Shown here: positions 39,396-48,382 of the stretch, piece by piece
How the letters are laid out: each line of letters opens with the position of its first letter
Numbering within the stretch: position 1 is the stretch's first letter
Assembly (NCBI GenBank): GCA_048938105.1
Contig: JBHLMN010000003.1
Location: forward strand, 288,001 to 352,000
Direction: 5' to 3'
DNA: 64,000 bases
Source of the DNA: Promethearchaeota archaeon
GTDB lineage: Archaea > Asgardarchaeota > Heimdallarchaeia > Hodarchaeales > Hodarchaeaceae
Notes under the pieces: generated by a model
Databases searched by the model: none
Seen by the model: the letters and a program-made list of their open reading frames with translations, nothing else
Told to the model about the DNA's origin: nothing
Program-made: the position numbers and the translations under genes

Positions 39396-42300
39396 ATGAA
39401 GAATTGTGGGTTAAAAATGGATATTATAATAAGGTTGATGAATAATCAAACCTTTTTACTTTCAAAATTTGATTTTTTAGAATTTAATGAAGAAACGAAA
39501 AAAGAAATAGATTTAAGAAAACTAGCAATAAAAATCTTCAATATAGTCAACATCTTTGGTCCCAAAGCCATTGTCCTTGAATGCGAGGACAAAGCTTTAC
39601 AATCTTATCTCATAGATTCTTTGAGTTCCTGTCTTCAAGAGGAATTTACATTTGAAAAGTTAGGTGGAGGAGTTCAAATTTTAACCTCCCTTCCTTTTTA
39701 CAGTGAGGAGCCAATTTCTTTAACATCAAAAATAAAAAAGCTTGGCCAATTTGAAAATCAAATAGGGTTAGGTGTTGAAGTTGGGGGAAAAACAATTAAT
39801 GGAGTATGCATCGATGGTAATGGAAACATCATAAGACGATCAAAAAGAAACATAAGAAAAAGTAAAGGCTATAGATCTGTAATCAATCTCATTATTGATT
39901 TAATAAAAGAATTACTCGAGTCCTTAAATCCTGATAAAATTAAAAGTGTTGGAATCGGTATCCCTGGCGGAATTGGCCCCATTCTTGTCCGAAGAATGAT
40001 AATAATGGGAGATTTCCATGATATCAACCTCAGGGCTGAAATAGAAAATGCTATTGGTCATCCTACCTTTATTGAAAATGATGCTAACGTCATTGCTCTA
40101 GGAGAGAAAGAAATTTCAAGGATTGAAGGAGATTTCTTCACCCTTACACTCGGTGAGAGCGTTGGAGGAGGTATTATCATAAATGATCGTATAATTCATG
40201 GCGAAAACTACTTTGCCGGTGAATTAGGACATATAATTATTGATTACTCCCCAGATGCATCTGTTTGTGGTTGCGGGAATAAGGGCTGTTTTGAAGCGAA
40301 GATGGCAAAAATTACTGCTTTTACAAAAGAGAACTTGGATGAGATGGCAAAAGACGTAGCTAAAGCTATTAAGGTCATCGTTAATCTAACAAATATTAAC
40401 CAAGTGCTTATTGGGAGTAGTATTACGAAATTTGGATATAATTTTTATGAAGCCATACGAGATAATTTAAAAACTCGTTTTATTCCAAAAATAACCCCTG
40501 TTCAGGTTTATGAATCCTCATTAGAGAAATTTCCTGAAACTGAGCGCAAATTTGTAGGTGCAATCGGTGCAGCTATTATGGGGATGCAAAAAGTAGGAGA
40601 AATATCAGAAAAAGTTGTTGTAGTTGTCAAAGATAGCGATAATGAAATGGGAATAGCAGCAGCTCAAATAATAGCAGAACAAATACGAAGAAAACCGAAT
40701 ATGGTGTTGGGATTAGCAACTGGAAGTACTCCTATCAGTATGTACAAAGAATTAGTACGGATGCATAAAGAAGAAAACTTAGACTTCTCACAGGTTTCAA
40801 CTTTCAATCTTGATGAATATTATCCGATAAAAAAGGAAGATAGTCAAAGCTATTACACTTTCATGAATTATTGGCTATTTGACCATGTAAATATCAATCC
40901 TCAGAATATTCATGTCCCTAATGGGGATATTCCTAAAGACGATCTTGAATCATACTGTGAGCATTTTGAACAGTTGATATCTAAGGCTGGAGGCATCGAC
41001 ATTCAGATTTTAGGCATTGGGGAAAGTTTTTTTACTGATAAGAGAGAAATTCAAGGAGGCCATATCGGATTTAACGAAGCTGGTTCAGATTTTTCTTCAC
41101 GTACGAGAAAAATAGTATTAGCAGAGAAAACCCGAGTAGATAATGCGCGATTTTTTCAAAGAATCGAGGAAGTCCCTCGCTATGCGATTACTATGGGGAT
41201 AGGGACAATCTTGGAAGCTAAGAGAATAATTATGCTAGCTTCAGGAGAGCATAAAGCTCTCATAATTAAAGAAGCTGTTGAAGGAAGAATTACCCCCTCT
41301 ATACCAGCCTCTGCATTACAAGCCCACGCTAATACTACTTTCCTAATCGAAAAAGGCGCAGCATCCAATTTAAGTCGAATGTCCATCCCATGGTTATTCT
41401 TTGATATGGATTGGACGAATGAAAGCACTAAAACAAAAACTGATGAAATTAAGATTGATGAGGCGTTGATTTGGCTTTCATTAACCACCAAAAGACCATT
41501 GACTCAACTCGATTTACAAGATTTTCATAACAATTTTCTTTCAGATCTCCTTCAGCTTTACAATTACAATGTTCCTAGTTTAACCACCGAGGTAATAGAC
41601 AGGATTACCAATAAAATTGTCTATAAAGAAAAGCTTCCGAGACGTAAAAAGATACTAATCATCTCTTGTAGGCCTGGTGACGATGGTGTTATTGCTGACA
41701 TTGTTAGAGCTTTAATTAGTAATCATAATAAAGTAAAAATTGTAAATATGGTTAGTGGTAACATTAATGTGAAGAATTCTGATGTAATCGATTATTGTGA
41801 ACAGAACATTTTTGAGAAATCAATTAAGGAACGTATCTTAAATAATACCATTGATATGATTGATTTATTGCAGCTAAAGACTCTTGTTAGGAAATCTGAG
41901 TCAATAGATATGCATGCATATATGGGGATCTCATCTGAAAATCAAATTTTCTTGAATTTGCCATTCTATGAAACTAGAACAATCGAAAAAATCATTGAAA
42001 TCTCTGACGATGATATTATACCATTAATTTCCGTTTTAGACAAAGAACAACCAGATATAATTCTTATTCTAGGAGGAATAACTGATCCCCATGGACTTAA
42101 AGCAAGAATTGTAGAAATATTCGAATTAGCATTAAATAGATCTAAGATCCAAAAAGTAGATTTATGGTATTATAAGACGACTATGGAGGAGTTTTCGGTT
42201 GCTAAGGGAGATTTAATTATTCCTTTTTCTGAAAAAGAAATGGATCTGAAAGCAATAGCAATTCAACGATTAAATAGTCAACAGGTGGTTGATTTCCTTA

Positions 42301-42458
42301 TTATTCCTGGATTTGACCCACGACCGCTTTGGGAACGTATTAAAGAGCGGAATCAAAGAGTTGGACACATCCTTAGAACAATTGGTTTAGTTCCTGATGA
42401 ATATATTTACGCTTCAATTTGTCAGGTTTCTCAATATATCAAAGAGAGCTCTAAGTAA
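39396..42458 (+). CDS. nagB: Fusion protein: ROK sugar kinase + glucosamine-6-phosphate deaminase (NagB) + LmbE/PIG-L-like domain
   Basis: ROK motifs EVGG, ENDAN, GGGII, GELGH and CGCGNKGCFE. NagB motifs GLATGSTP, FNLDEY, GGIDIQILGIG, GHIGFNE and AITMGIGTI. C-terminal motifs PGDD, FLNLPFYET and DPHG. Confidence 0.9.
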   Translation: MKNCGLKMDIIIRLMNNQTFLLSKFDFLEFNEETKKEIDLRKLAIKIFNIVNIFGPKAIVLECEDKALQSYLIDSLSSCLQEEFTFEKLGGGVQILTSLPFYSEEPISLTSKIKKLGQFENQIGLGVEVGGKTINGVCIDGNGNIIRRSKRNIRKSKGYRSVINLIIDLIKELLESLNPDKIKSVGIGIPGGIGPILVRRMIIMGDFHDINLRAEIENAIGHPTFIENDANVIALGEKEISRIEGDFFTLTLGESVGGGIIINDRIIHGENYFAGELGHIIIDYSPDASVCGCGNKGCFEAKMAKITAFTKENLDEMAKDVAKAIKVIVNLTNINQVLIGSSITKFGYNFYEAIRDNLKTRFIPKITPVQVYESSLEKFPETERKFVGAIGAAIMGMQKVGEISEKVVVVVKDSDNEMGIAAAQIIAEQIRRKPNMVLGLATGSTPISMYKELVRMHKEENLDFSQVSTFNLDEYYPIKKEDSQSYYTFMNYWLFDHVNINPQNIHVPNGDIPKDDLESYCEHFEQLISKAGGIDIQILGIGESFFTDKREIQGGHIGFNEAGSDFSSRTRKIVLAEKTRVDNARFFQRIEEVPRYAITMGIGTILEAKRIIMLASGEHKALIIKEAVEGRITPSIPASALQAHANTTFLIEKGAASNLSRMSIPWLFFDMDWTNESTKTKTDEIKIDEALIWLSLTTKRPLTQLDLQDFHNNFLSDLLQLYNYNVPSLTTEVIDRITNKIVYKEKLPRRKKILIISCRPGDDGVIADIVRALISNHNKVKIVNMVSGNINVKNSDVIDYCEQNIFEKSIKERILNNTIDMIDLLQLKTLVRKSESIDMHAYMGISSENQIFLNLPFYETRTIEKIIEISDDDIIPLISVLDKEQPDIILILGGITDPHGLKARIVEIFELALNRSKIQKVDLWYYKTTMEEFSVAKGDLIIPFSEKEMDLKAIAIQRLNSQQVVDFLIIPGFDPRPLWERIKERNQRVGHILRTIGLVPDEYIYASICQVSQYIKESSK

Positions 42459-42466
42459 TAATAAAA

Positions 42467-45073
42467 TTGTTTTTACGGAGTAAGACAACATTGAGTAAAA
42501 AAATTATCTTGAATAAAGAATGGAAAATGCAATCTTCTGGAAATTTATCAAAGTTTGGTGAAGTGATTTCCACTACTGATTTCATACCAGAAGATTGGTA
42601 TACTGTTGATGTTCCGACAACTGTCATAAATGGTCTTATTTTAAATGATGAATTCGATTTTAAAGATCCTTATTACGGATTAAATCTGAAATCAATACCA
42701 GGACACAAAGCACATATTACTCAACAGAATTATGAAAGCCGATATATGCCTGAAGACAGCCCTTTTAGAAAATCATGGTGGTTTAGAAAAGAGTTTTTAC
42801 TAGAAAGGAAGAATGGTAATGAGGAAACTTGGATAGCTTTTGATGGTATTAATTATTCAGCAAATATTTGGATAAATGGAAAACGGATTGCTGGTTCAGA
42901 TCATATAATTGGAACATATCGACGTTATGATTTTCATGTTACTCCTTTTGTGGATCTCGGAAAAAAGAACATAATTGCACTAGAGGTTTTTTCGCCTAAT
43001 CCTGATGATCTTGGAATAAGTTTTGTAGACTGGAACCCTTTACCTCCTGATGATGACATGGGTATTTGGCATCCAGTATATGTTTATATGACAGGCCCAG
43101 TTGCATTAAAGTATCCATTTGTGAAAAGCAAATTGAACATTGAAACTTTAAAAGAAGCTGAATTACTAATCAGTGTTGAACTGCATAATACACAAAAAAA
43201 CCAAGTAGAAGCTATCGTGGAAGGAAAAATTGGGGAAATAACTTTTCAAAAGGAATTATTCCTATCTTCGTATGAAAAAAAGGAATTCATTTTCTCTTGT
43301 GTGGATTTTCCCCAACTTCTAATAAAAGATCCACGTATTTGGTGGCCTTATCAACTTGGTTCGCCAGAGTTATATAAGCTGGATCTAATAGTCAAAGTGA
43401 ACGATGAAATCTCTGATGAAAAAGTAATAAATTTTGGAATAAGAGATGTAAAGTCTTCTATCAATGAATATGGTTCATGTGTATTCACTATCAATGGACA
43501 GAATATTCTCATCCGTGGTGGAGGTTGGACATGTGATATGATGCTTCACCAATCGAAAGAACGAGACGAAATTGATATTTCCTTTTTAAAGAATCTCAAT
43601 ATGAACACTTTACGACTTGAAGGTAAATTAGGATCAGATTATTTTTGGGAAAAATGTGATAGAGAAGGAATACTCGTTTTAGCAGGATGGGTCTGTTGTA
43701 GTCATTGGGAAAAGTGGAATAACTGGAAAAAAGGAGATTTAAGGGTTGCAAAAAAGTCTTTAGACTCTCAGATTCGTCGTCTTCGTAATCATCCAAGCTT
43801 GATAGCATGGTTATATGGGAGTGACTTCCCACCACCCGAATTTGTTGAGAAAGTTTATCTTGACGTATTAAAAGAACACAATGAACTTCCAATAATTTCA
43901 AGTGCGACAGCTGCACCTTCAGTAATTCTTGGAGAAACAGGAGTAAAGATGTCAGGGCCTTACACTTATGTACCACCTATCTATTGGTATACTAAAGGAA
44001 AACCAGGTTTTGCTGAGAGCTTTAATACTGAAACAGGGCCTGATGTGTGTATTCCTCCTTATGAGAGTTTGATGAAGATGTTACCTGAAAATCAGTTGTA
44101 TATAGGCAGCGAAGGTTGGAATTATCATGCAGGACTTGGTTCTTTCAAAAATACAGAAATAATAGAAGAAACAATTTCTAAAAGGTATGGTAAACCAAAG
44201 GATATTGAAGATTTTACACGAACCTCCCAAGTTCTTGGTTACGAATGTTGGCGAGCAATGTTTGAGGCATACGGGCAAAATTTTCCTAAAGCAACAGGTG
44301 TTATAGGTTGGATGTATAATAGTGCGTGGCCAAGCTTAATTTGGCAATTATTTGACTATTATTTTAATCCTAATGGTGCATTCTATGGTTCAAAGAAAGC
44401 CTGTGAACTCATTCATATCCAATATTCATATAGTGATGCATCAGTCTGGGTTATTAACGGAACACTTAATAAAAAGGAAAATCTAACCGTAACAGTGAAT
44501 CTATTTAATATTGATCTAGAAAAAAAGTATTCCTTTTCAAAAAAGGTGAATATTAATGGGAATGATAGAAAAAAAACTCTAACTGTTCCTAAAATAGAGG
44601 GATTATCTTCAGTATATTTTATTCAACTCCTCCTTGAGGATGGTTCAATTGTACTTAGTGAAAATTTCTACTGGCTTTCATTAAAAAACGATTTGTTTGA
44701 GGACAAAGATGAATGGTATTACAGTCCAGTTAAAGAACATGCAGATATGAGTAGTTTAAGAGATCTCCTCGATGCAGAAATAAAATGTGATTTTAGTATT
44801 ATCGAAAAAAAGAATGTGTACGAAATTTCTTTACGTATCACAAATATTTCCGATGTAATTGCATTTTTCCTAAGATATTATTTAATTGAGGAAGAAACAA
44901 ATCAATTTCTCACCCCTGTATATTGGGAGGATAACTGTATAAGTATTCTTCCTTCAGAGACAAGAGAAATTACAGGAGTTTTTCCAAAGAATACCATAAC
45001 CAGTAAAGTAAATGTTCAAATTGATGGTTGGAACTGCAGGCAAACATTGCGGTCGGAAAAAGGTATTAACTAA
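42467..45073 (+). CDS. GH2 exo-beta-D-glucosaminidase-like (CsxA-type) protein
   Basis: Motifs DGINY.ANIW.NG, VDWNP.PPD..MG, RLEGK, GW.CC..WE, GSD, KM.GPY.YVPP.YW and FNTETGP. TTG at 42491 is a possible start. Confidence 0.85.
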   Translation: MFLRSKTTLSKKIILNKEWKMQSSGNLSKFGEVISTTDFIPEDWYTVDVPTTVINGLILNDEFDFKDPYYGLNLKSIPGHKAHITQQNYESRYMPEDSPFRKSWWFRKEFLLERKNGNEETWIAFDGINYSANIWINGKRIAGSDHIIGTYRRYDFHVTPFVDLGKKNIIALEVFSPNPDDLGISFVDWNPLPPDDDMGIWHPVYVYMTGPVALKYPFVKSKLNIETLKEAELLISVELHNTQKNQVEAIVEGKIGEITFQKELFLSSYEKKEFIFSCVDFPQLLIKDPRIWWPYQLGSPELYKLDLIVKVNDEISDEKVINFGIRDVKSSINEYGSCVFTINGQNILIRGGGWTCDMMLHQSKERDEIDISFLKNLNMNTLRLEGKLGSDYFWEKCDREGILVLAGWVCCSHWEKWNNWKKGDLRVAKKSLDSQIRRLRNHPSLIAWLYGSDFPPPEFVEKVYLDVLKEHNELPIISSATAAPSVILGETGVKMSGPYTYVPPIYWYTKGKPGFAESFNTETGPDVCIPPYESLMKMLPENQLYIGSEGWNYHAGLGSFKNTEIIEETISKRYGKPKDIEDFTRTSQVLGYECWRAMFEAYGQNFPKATGVIGWMYNSAWPSLIWQLFDYYFNPNGAFYGSKKACELIHIQYSYSDASVWVINGTLNKKENLTVTVNLFNIDLEKKYSFSKKVNINGNDRKKTLTVPKIEGLSSVYFIQLLLEDGSIVLSENFYWLSLKNDLFEDKDEWYYSPVKEHADMSSLRDLLDAEIKCDFSIIEKKNVYEISLRITNISDVIAFFLRYYLIEEETNQFLTPVYWEDNCISILPSETREITGVFPKNTITSKVNVQIDGWNCRQTLRSEKGIN

Positions 45074-45161
45074 AATTACTAGTCAGAAGATTTTTCATTC
45101 TTAATGTGTCTCAATACTTGTGATATCATCTGCTATAGCATTAAAATAAGGACCCCTTCTC

Positions 45162-45866
45162 TCACCAATTCAATGGATTAGCATCAAAGTTAACAAAGAT
45201 TTGTTCATCAATTTTCCAATCCAATAAAATTGTCTTGGCTACATTATTTGCTGCTTCTAATGGGGTAATTGGGGCTTCAGATCCTCCCATATCTGAACTG
45301 AACCATCCAGGATGAATAGCTAATATCTTTACTCCATCTTTCTTATATCGATTATGGAGTAACTTTGACATCATATTCAACGCTGCTTTACTCATACAAT
45401 AACCATATTCACTTTCACGCCATGTTTGGTTACTAATCGATCCAGCTTCTGATGAAATATTAACTATCATTTTTTTTTGGCTGTTCTTCACTAATGGAAT
45501 AAAAAATTTGATCACTTTCAAGGGTGCAATAGAATTGACTTCAAAAGTTTGACTAATGGCCTCAAAATCCGTTTTTTCAAGAATAGGGCGATGGTTTTCT
45601 AAGTGAATGGCTGCATTGTTAATTAGAATATCAATGGAGGATGTAATATTTTTAATCTTTAAAAAAGCAGCTCGGATGTCATTTTCTTCAGTTACATTAA
45701 CTCTAAACAAGATTATATTGTCATTAAACTTAGTTTTTAGTTCCTTTAAACCATTACTCATAGAGCGATAAAGAGCAAACACAATGTTTCCATTTTCAAT
45801 GAGTATTTTAGTAAGAGCAAAACCTAAGCCCCTATTTGCTCCTGTAATCAGGATATTTCTTTTCAT
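45162..45866 (-). CDS. Short-chain dehydrogenase/reductase (CsgA-like)
   Basis: Motifs TGANRGLG, NNA, SS..GSI, YCMSK and HPGW..DMGG. Confidence 0.9.
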   Translation of the reverse strand: MKRNILITGANRGLGFALTKILIENGNIVFALYRSMSNGLKELKTKFNDNIILFRVNVTEENDIRAAFLKIKNITSSIDILINNAAIHLENHRPILEKTDFEAISQTFEVNSIAPLKVIKFFIPLVKNSQKKMIVNISSEAGSISNQTWRESEYGYCMSKAALNMMSKLLHNRYKKDGVKILAIHPGWFSSDMGGSEAPITPLEAANNVAKTILLDWKIDEQIFVNFDANPLNW

Positions 45867-45927
45867 GATTTAACTCCAATGAATTAGTTATTGATCTTAT
45901 TGAACTGGTTAATTTCATAGAAAGTTG

Positions 45928-48357
45928 TCAATTTGAGAATTCTAGAGCATGTTCAATAGCCCAAATGCTTAATGGCCGCATATACATACTTGCCCGATAA
46001 TTACCTGTGACATCCCAGGCTTCAGGCGTACGGTACCAATATCCTCTGTTATAAGTGCTATTAGTGTTATAGACAACATTATATATTCCCCACGCTGTAT
46101 TCCATGCTTCATCTATCATTCCACGGTGAATCATAAATGCGGTAAGGGCATAAGTTGTACCTGTCCATACTTCTTGAGATTGTTCACTAGTTTTGTCAAT
46201 GTCACCATCAGGTCGCATACCATTAACAGCTCCCATTTGCCCATCAGCAAATTTAAGAACATTATAGTTGTAGATTTTTTGTAAGGCCGATAAAATATGA
46301 TTTTCGGAGACTATAGGCTCCAAATCTGTGGCGTCACAATACCATTGACCGCCTAATTGATCAGCCATTATACTGTCAGAATAAGATCCCTCACTTGCAT
46401 CATAGTTATAATACTCTCCATTCCAGAGTTTATCCTCATATGAAGCTTTTCCTCTTACTAACCAACTCGTATACAGATTTACGTTATCTGTATCTCCAAT
46501 TATTATTCCCATTTTAATCGCTGCCTCTAAAGCTGCTAACCACAAACCAGCACAATAAGCACTTTCATTTGACATCTTCCATTCATCATAGGTCTGGTCT
46601 GGAACCCCTTCATTTTCAGGTAAATGATCTCCATCGGTATCATAATTGTGTAAATAATCTAGTGCCATAACAACAGATGTCCAACCATCCTCCACTAATG
46701 TAGTATCATTGGTAAAGAAATAATCACGATAAAGTTGTAAGACGAATTTTGAGTTCATATCTTTCCACATATTGGAATCACGCCACCGATAAGAATTGAC
46801 AATGAACCAGGGATCTTCATAACCAATATCATGAGGGCAGCTTCCAGGAACTTTACGTGGACCAGTCTCATCAGTAGCCCATATTGTCGTAATTGTTGGG
46901 TCATCTATAGGTACAGCTGCAATAAAATCTCTGATTGCTTGTTTTTGCAACTCAGGCCATAGCTGAATTAATGAAAAAGAGGCATAATAAAGAACATCAA
47001 AGGTATTATACATACTATAGTCAAAACACTCAAGAAAACCAAATCGGCCAATCCCTTCTTCAAGAGGCCCTTCACTAACAAGACCATTTTCCCAAAACGT
47101 ACCTCCATCAACTAAATAGTATAACTCGTTGAATAAAGCTGTCTTATACCAATTAGGCCGACTTTCGTCTTCTAGAATTGGTTGTTGCCAAGAATCAATG
47201 GCTTCTTCCCAATTTGTATAATTAGCTAAAGCTTCAGAGGCAATGGCTAATGCATTTCTTCCAGTAGTTCCAAAAAAACGAGTGTACCGTTTATACCATT
47301 GCCTATTCCAGTCAAATTCAGTTATGGGGAAGTCCCAAGCAAGAATAAAGGGGATTATTTGCTGCTCACTAGGATCTAATTCTAATGTAACCGATAAAGC
47401 TGCACCAATATCTTCTAATATGTCCGCATGATCAGTATTGTTAATGTTGTCTAATTTACCATCTGTTGCGAAATCTTGCCAAACATCAGAACCTCCACTA
47501 CTTACAGAAAAGCATGAACGATAGCTGATAGTCCAATTGGGGCTATTCTGTGTTACCAAAGCGAATGAGCCATCCCATTCTTCCTCTACCGTCTCTTTAT
47601 CGCGAGTAAGGATAATTCCAGTCATATTTTTGTCATCAGAGGTGAAGGCGTAGTTATACTTATCCATAAGTGGATGATCAGTATTACAAATTGACCCTAC
47701 AAGGTTCTGCCATGTGAACATCAATCCTACGATTATTGACTCATTTGTTGGATTCTCAACGGCCCATTCAAATACTCCAACAGGATAGCTACTTTCTTTG
47801 TAATTTTTCGGGATAATAGGCGAGAACTGTTTTTGCAGCAAGTTCACAGGTAGCTCTTTCCAATTGTAATCATACCATGCTTTAGGAAATAATCCATAAT
47901 ATGTCCCTGCGCCGACTGGCATATCCCAATTCCATTTTAGGTCTGTGTCTGATTCCTTTAACGATGAAAGAACATGTGCATCAGATTCATCTTTTTGGGA
48001 CACAAAAACAGAGAACTGATTTGCATCTATTGTTTCAAATTTATGTTTCCCAATTTCTAGATGCCAACGAGCGAAATCTCCACGATAGGTTCGGCCAATG
48101 CTTCCTGCACCTAAACCTCCAAGTGGTACTCCGCCCCATTCTTTATCATCTATGATCCAATAACTAGTTTTCGGCTTCCCAGTTTGACTGTAAGGAACTC
48201 CAATTCCTCGTGACCATGCCACCTTAGGTATGGTACTAGGAATAGATACTGGCCCCTCTGGTGAGCTAGGCTGATATAAAGTTAACAAAACCACGCCAAT
48301 AGCGCTTATTAGTAATAATATTGTGATTATGCCAGCTATTATTATATTTCTTATCAT
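45928..48357 (-). CDS. GH116 beta-glucosidase/glucosylceramidase (GBA2-like), N-terminally anchored
   Basis: Motifs GVPLGGLGAGSIGR...GDF.RW, FNELY, nucleophile region LECFDY, PHD.G, WKD.N, acid/base region PDQTYD, ADQL.G and YMRPL.IW. N-terminal TM. Confidence 0.92.
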   Translation of the reverse strand: MIRNIIIAGIITILLLISAIGVVLLTLYQPSSPEGPVSIPSTIPKVAWSRGIGVPYSQTGKPKTSYWIIDDKEWGGVPLGGLGAGSIGRTYRGDFARWHLEIGKHKFETIDANQFSVFVSQKDESDAHVLSSLKESDTDLKWNWDMPVGAGTYYGLFPKAWYDYNWKELPVNLLQKQFSPIIPKNYKESSYPVGVFEWAVENPTNESIIVGLMFTWQNLVGSICNTDHPLMDKYNYAFTSDDKNMTGIILTRDKETVEEEWDGSFALVTQNSPNWTISYRSCFSVSSGGSDVWQDFATDGKLDNINNTDHADILEDIGAALSVTLELDPSEQQIIPFILAWDFPITEFDWNRQWYKRYTRFFGTTGRNALAIASEALANYTNWEEAIDSWQQPILEDESRPNWYKTALFNELYYLVDGGTFWENGLVSEGPLEEGIGRFGFLECFDYSMYNTFDVLYYASFSLIQLWPELQKQAIRDFIAAVPIDDPTITTIWATDETGPRKVPGSCPHDIGYEDPWFIVNSYRWRDSNMWKDMNSKFVLQLYRDYFFTNDTTLVEDGWTSVVMALDYLHNYDTDGDHLPENEGVPDQTYDEWKMSNESAYCAGLWLAALEAAIKMGIIIGDTDNVNLYTSWLVRGKASYEDKLWNGEYYNYDASEGSYSDSIMADQLGGQWYCDATDLEPIVSENHILSALQKIYNYNVLKFADGQMGAVNGMRPDGDIDKTSEQSQEVWTGTTYALTAFMIHRGMIDEAWNTAWGIYNVVYNTNSTYNRGYWYRTPEAWDVTGNYRASMYMRPLSIWAIEHALEFSN

Positions 48358-48382
48358 AGATTAGTTCTTCCTTTGAATATAT

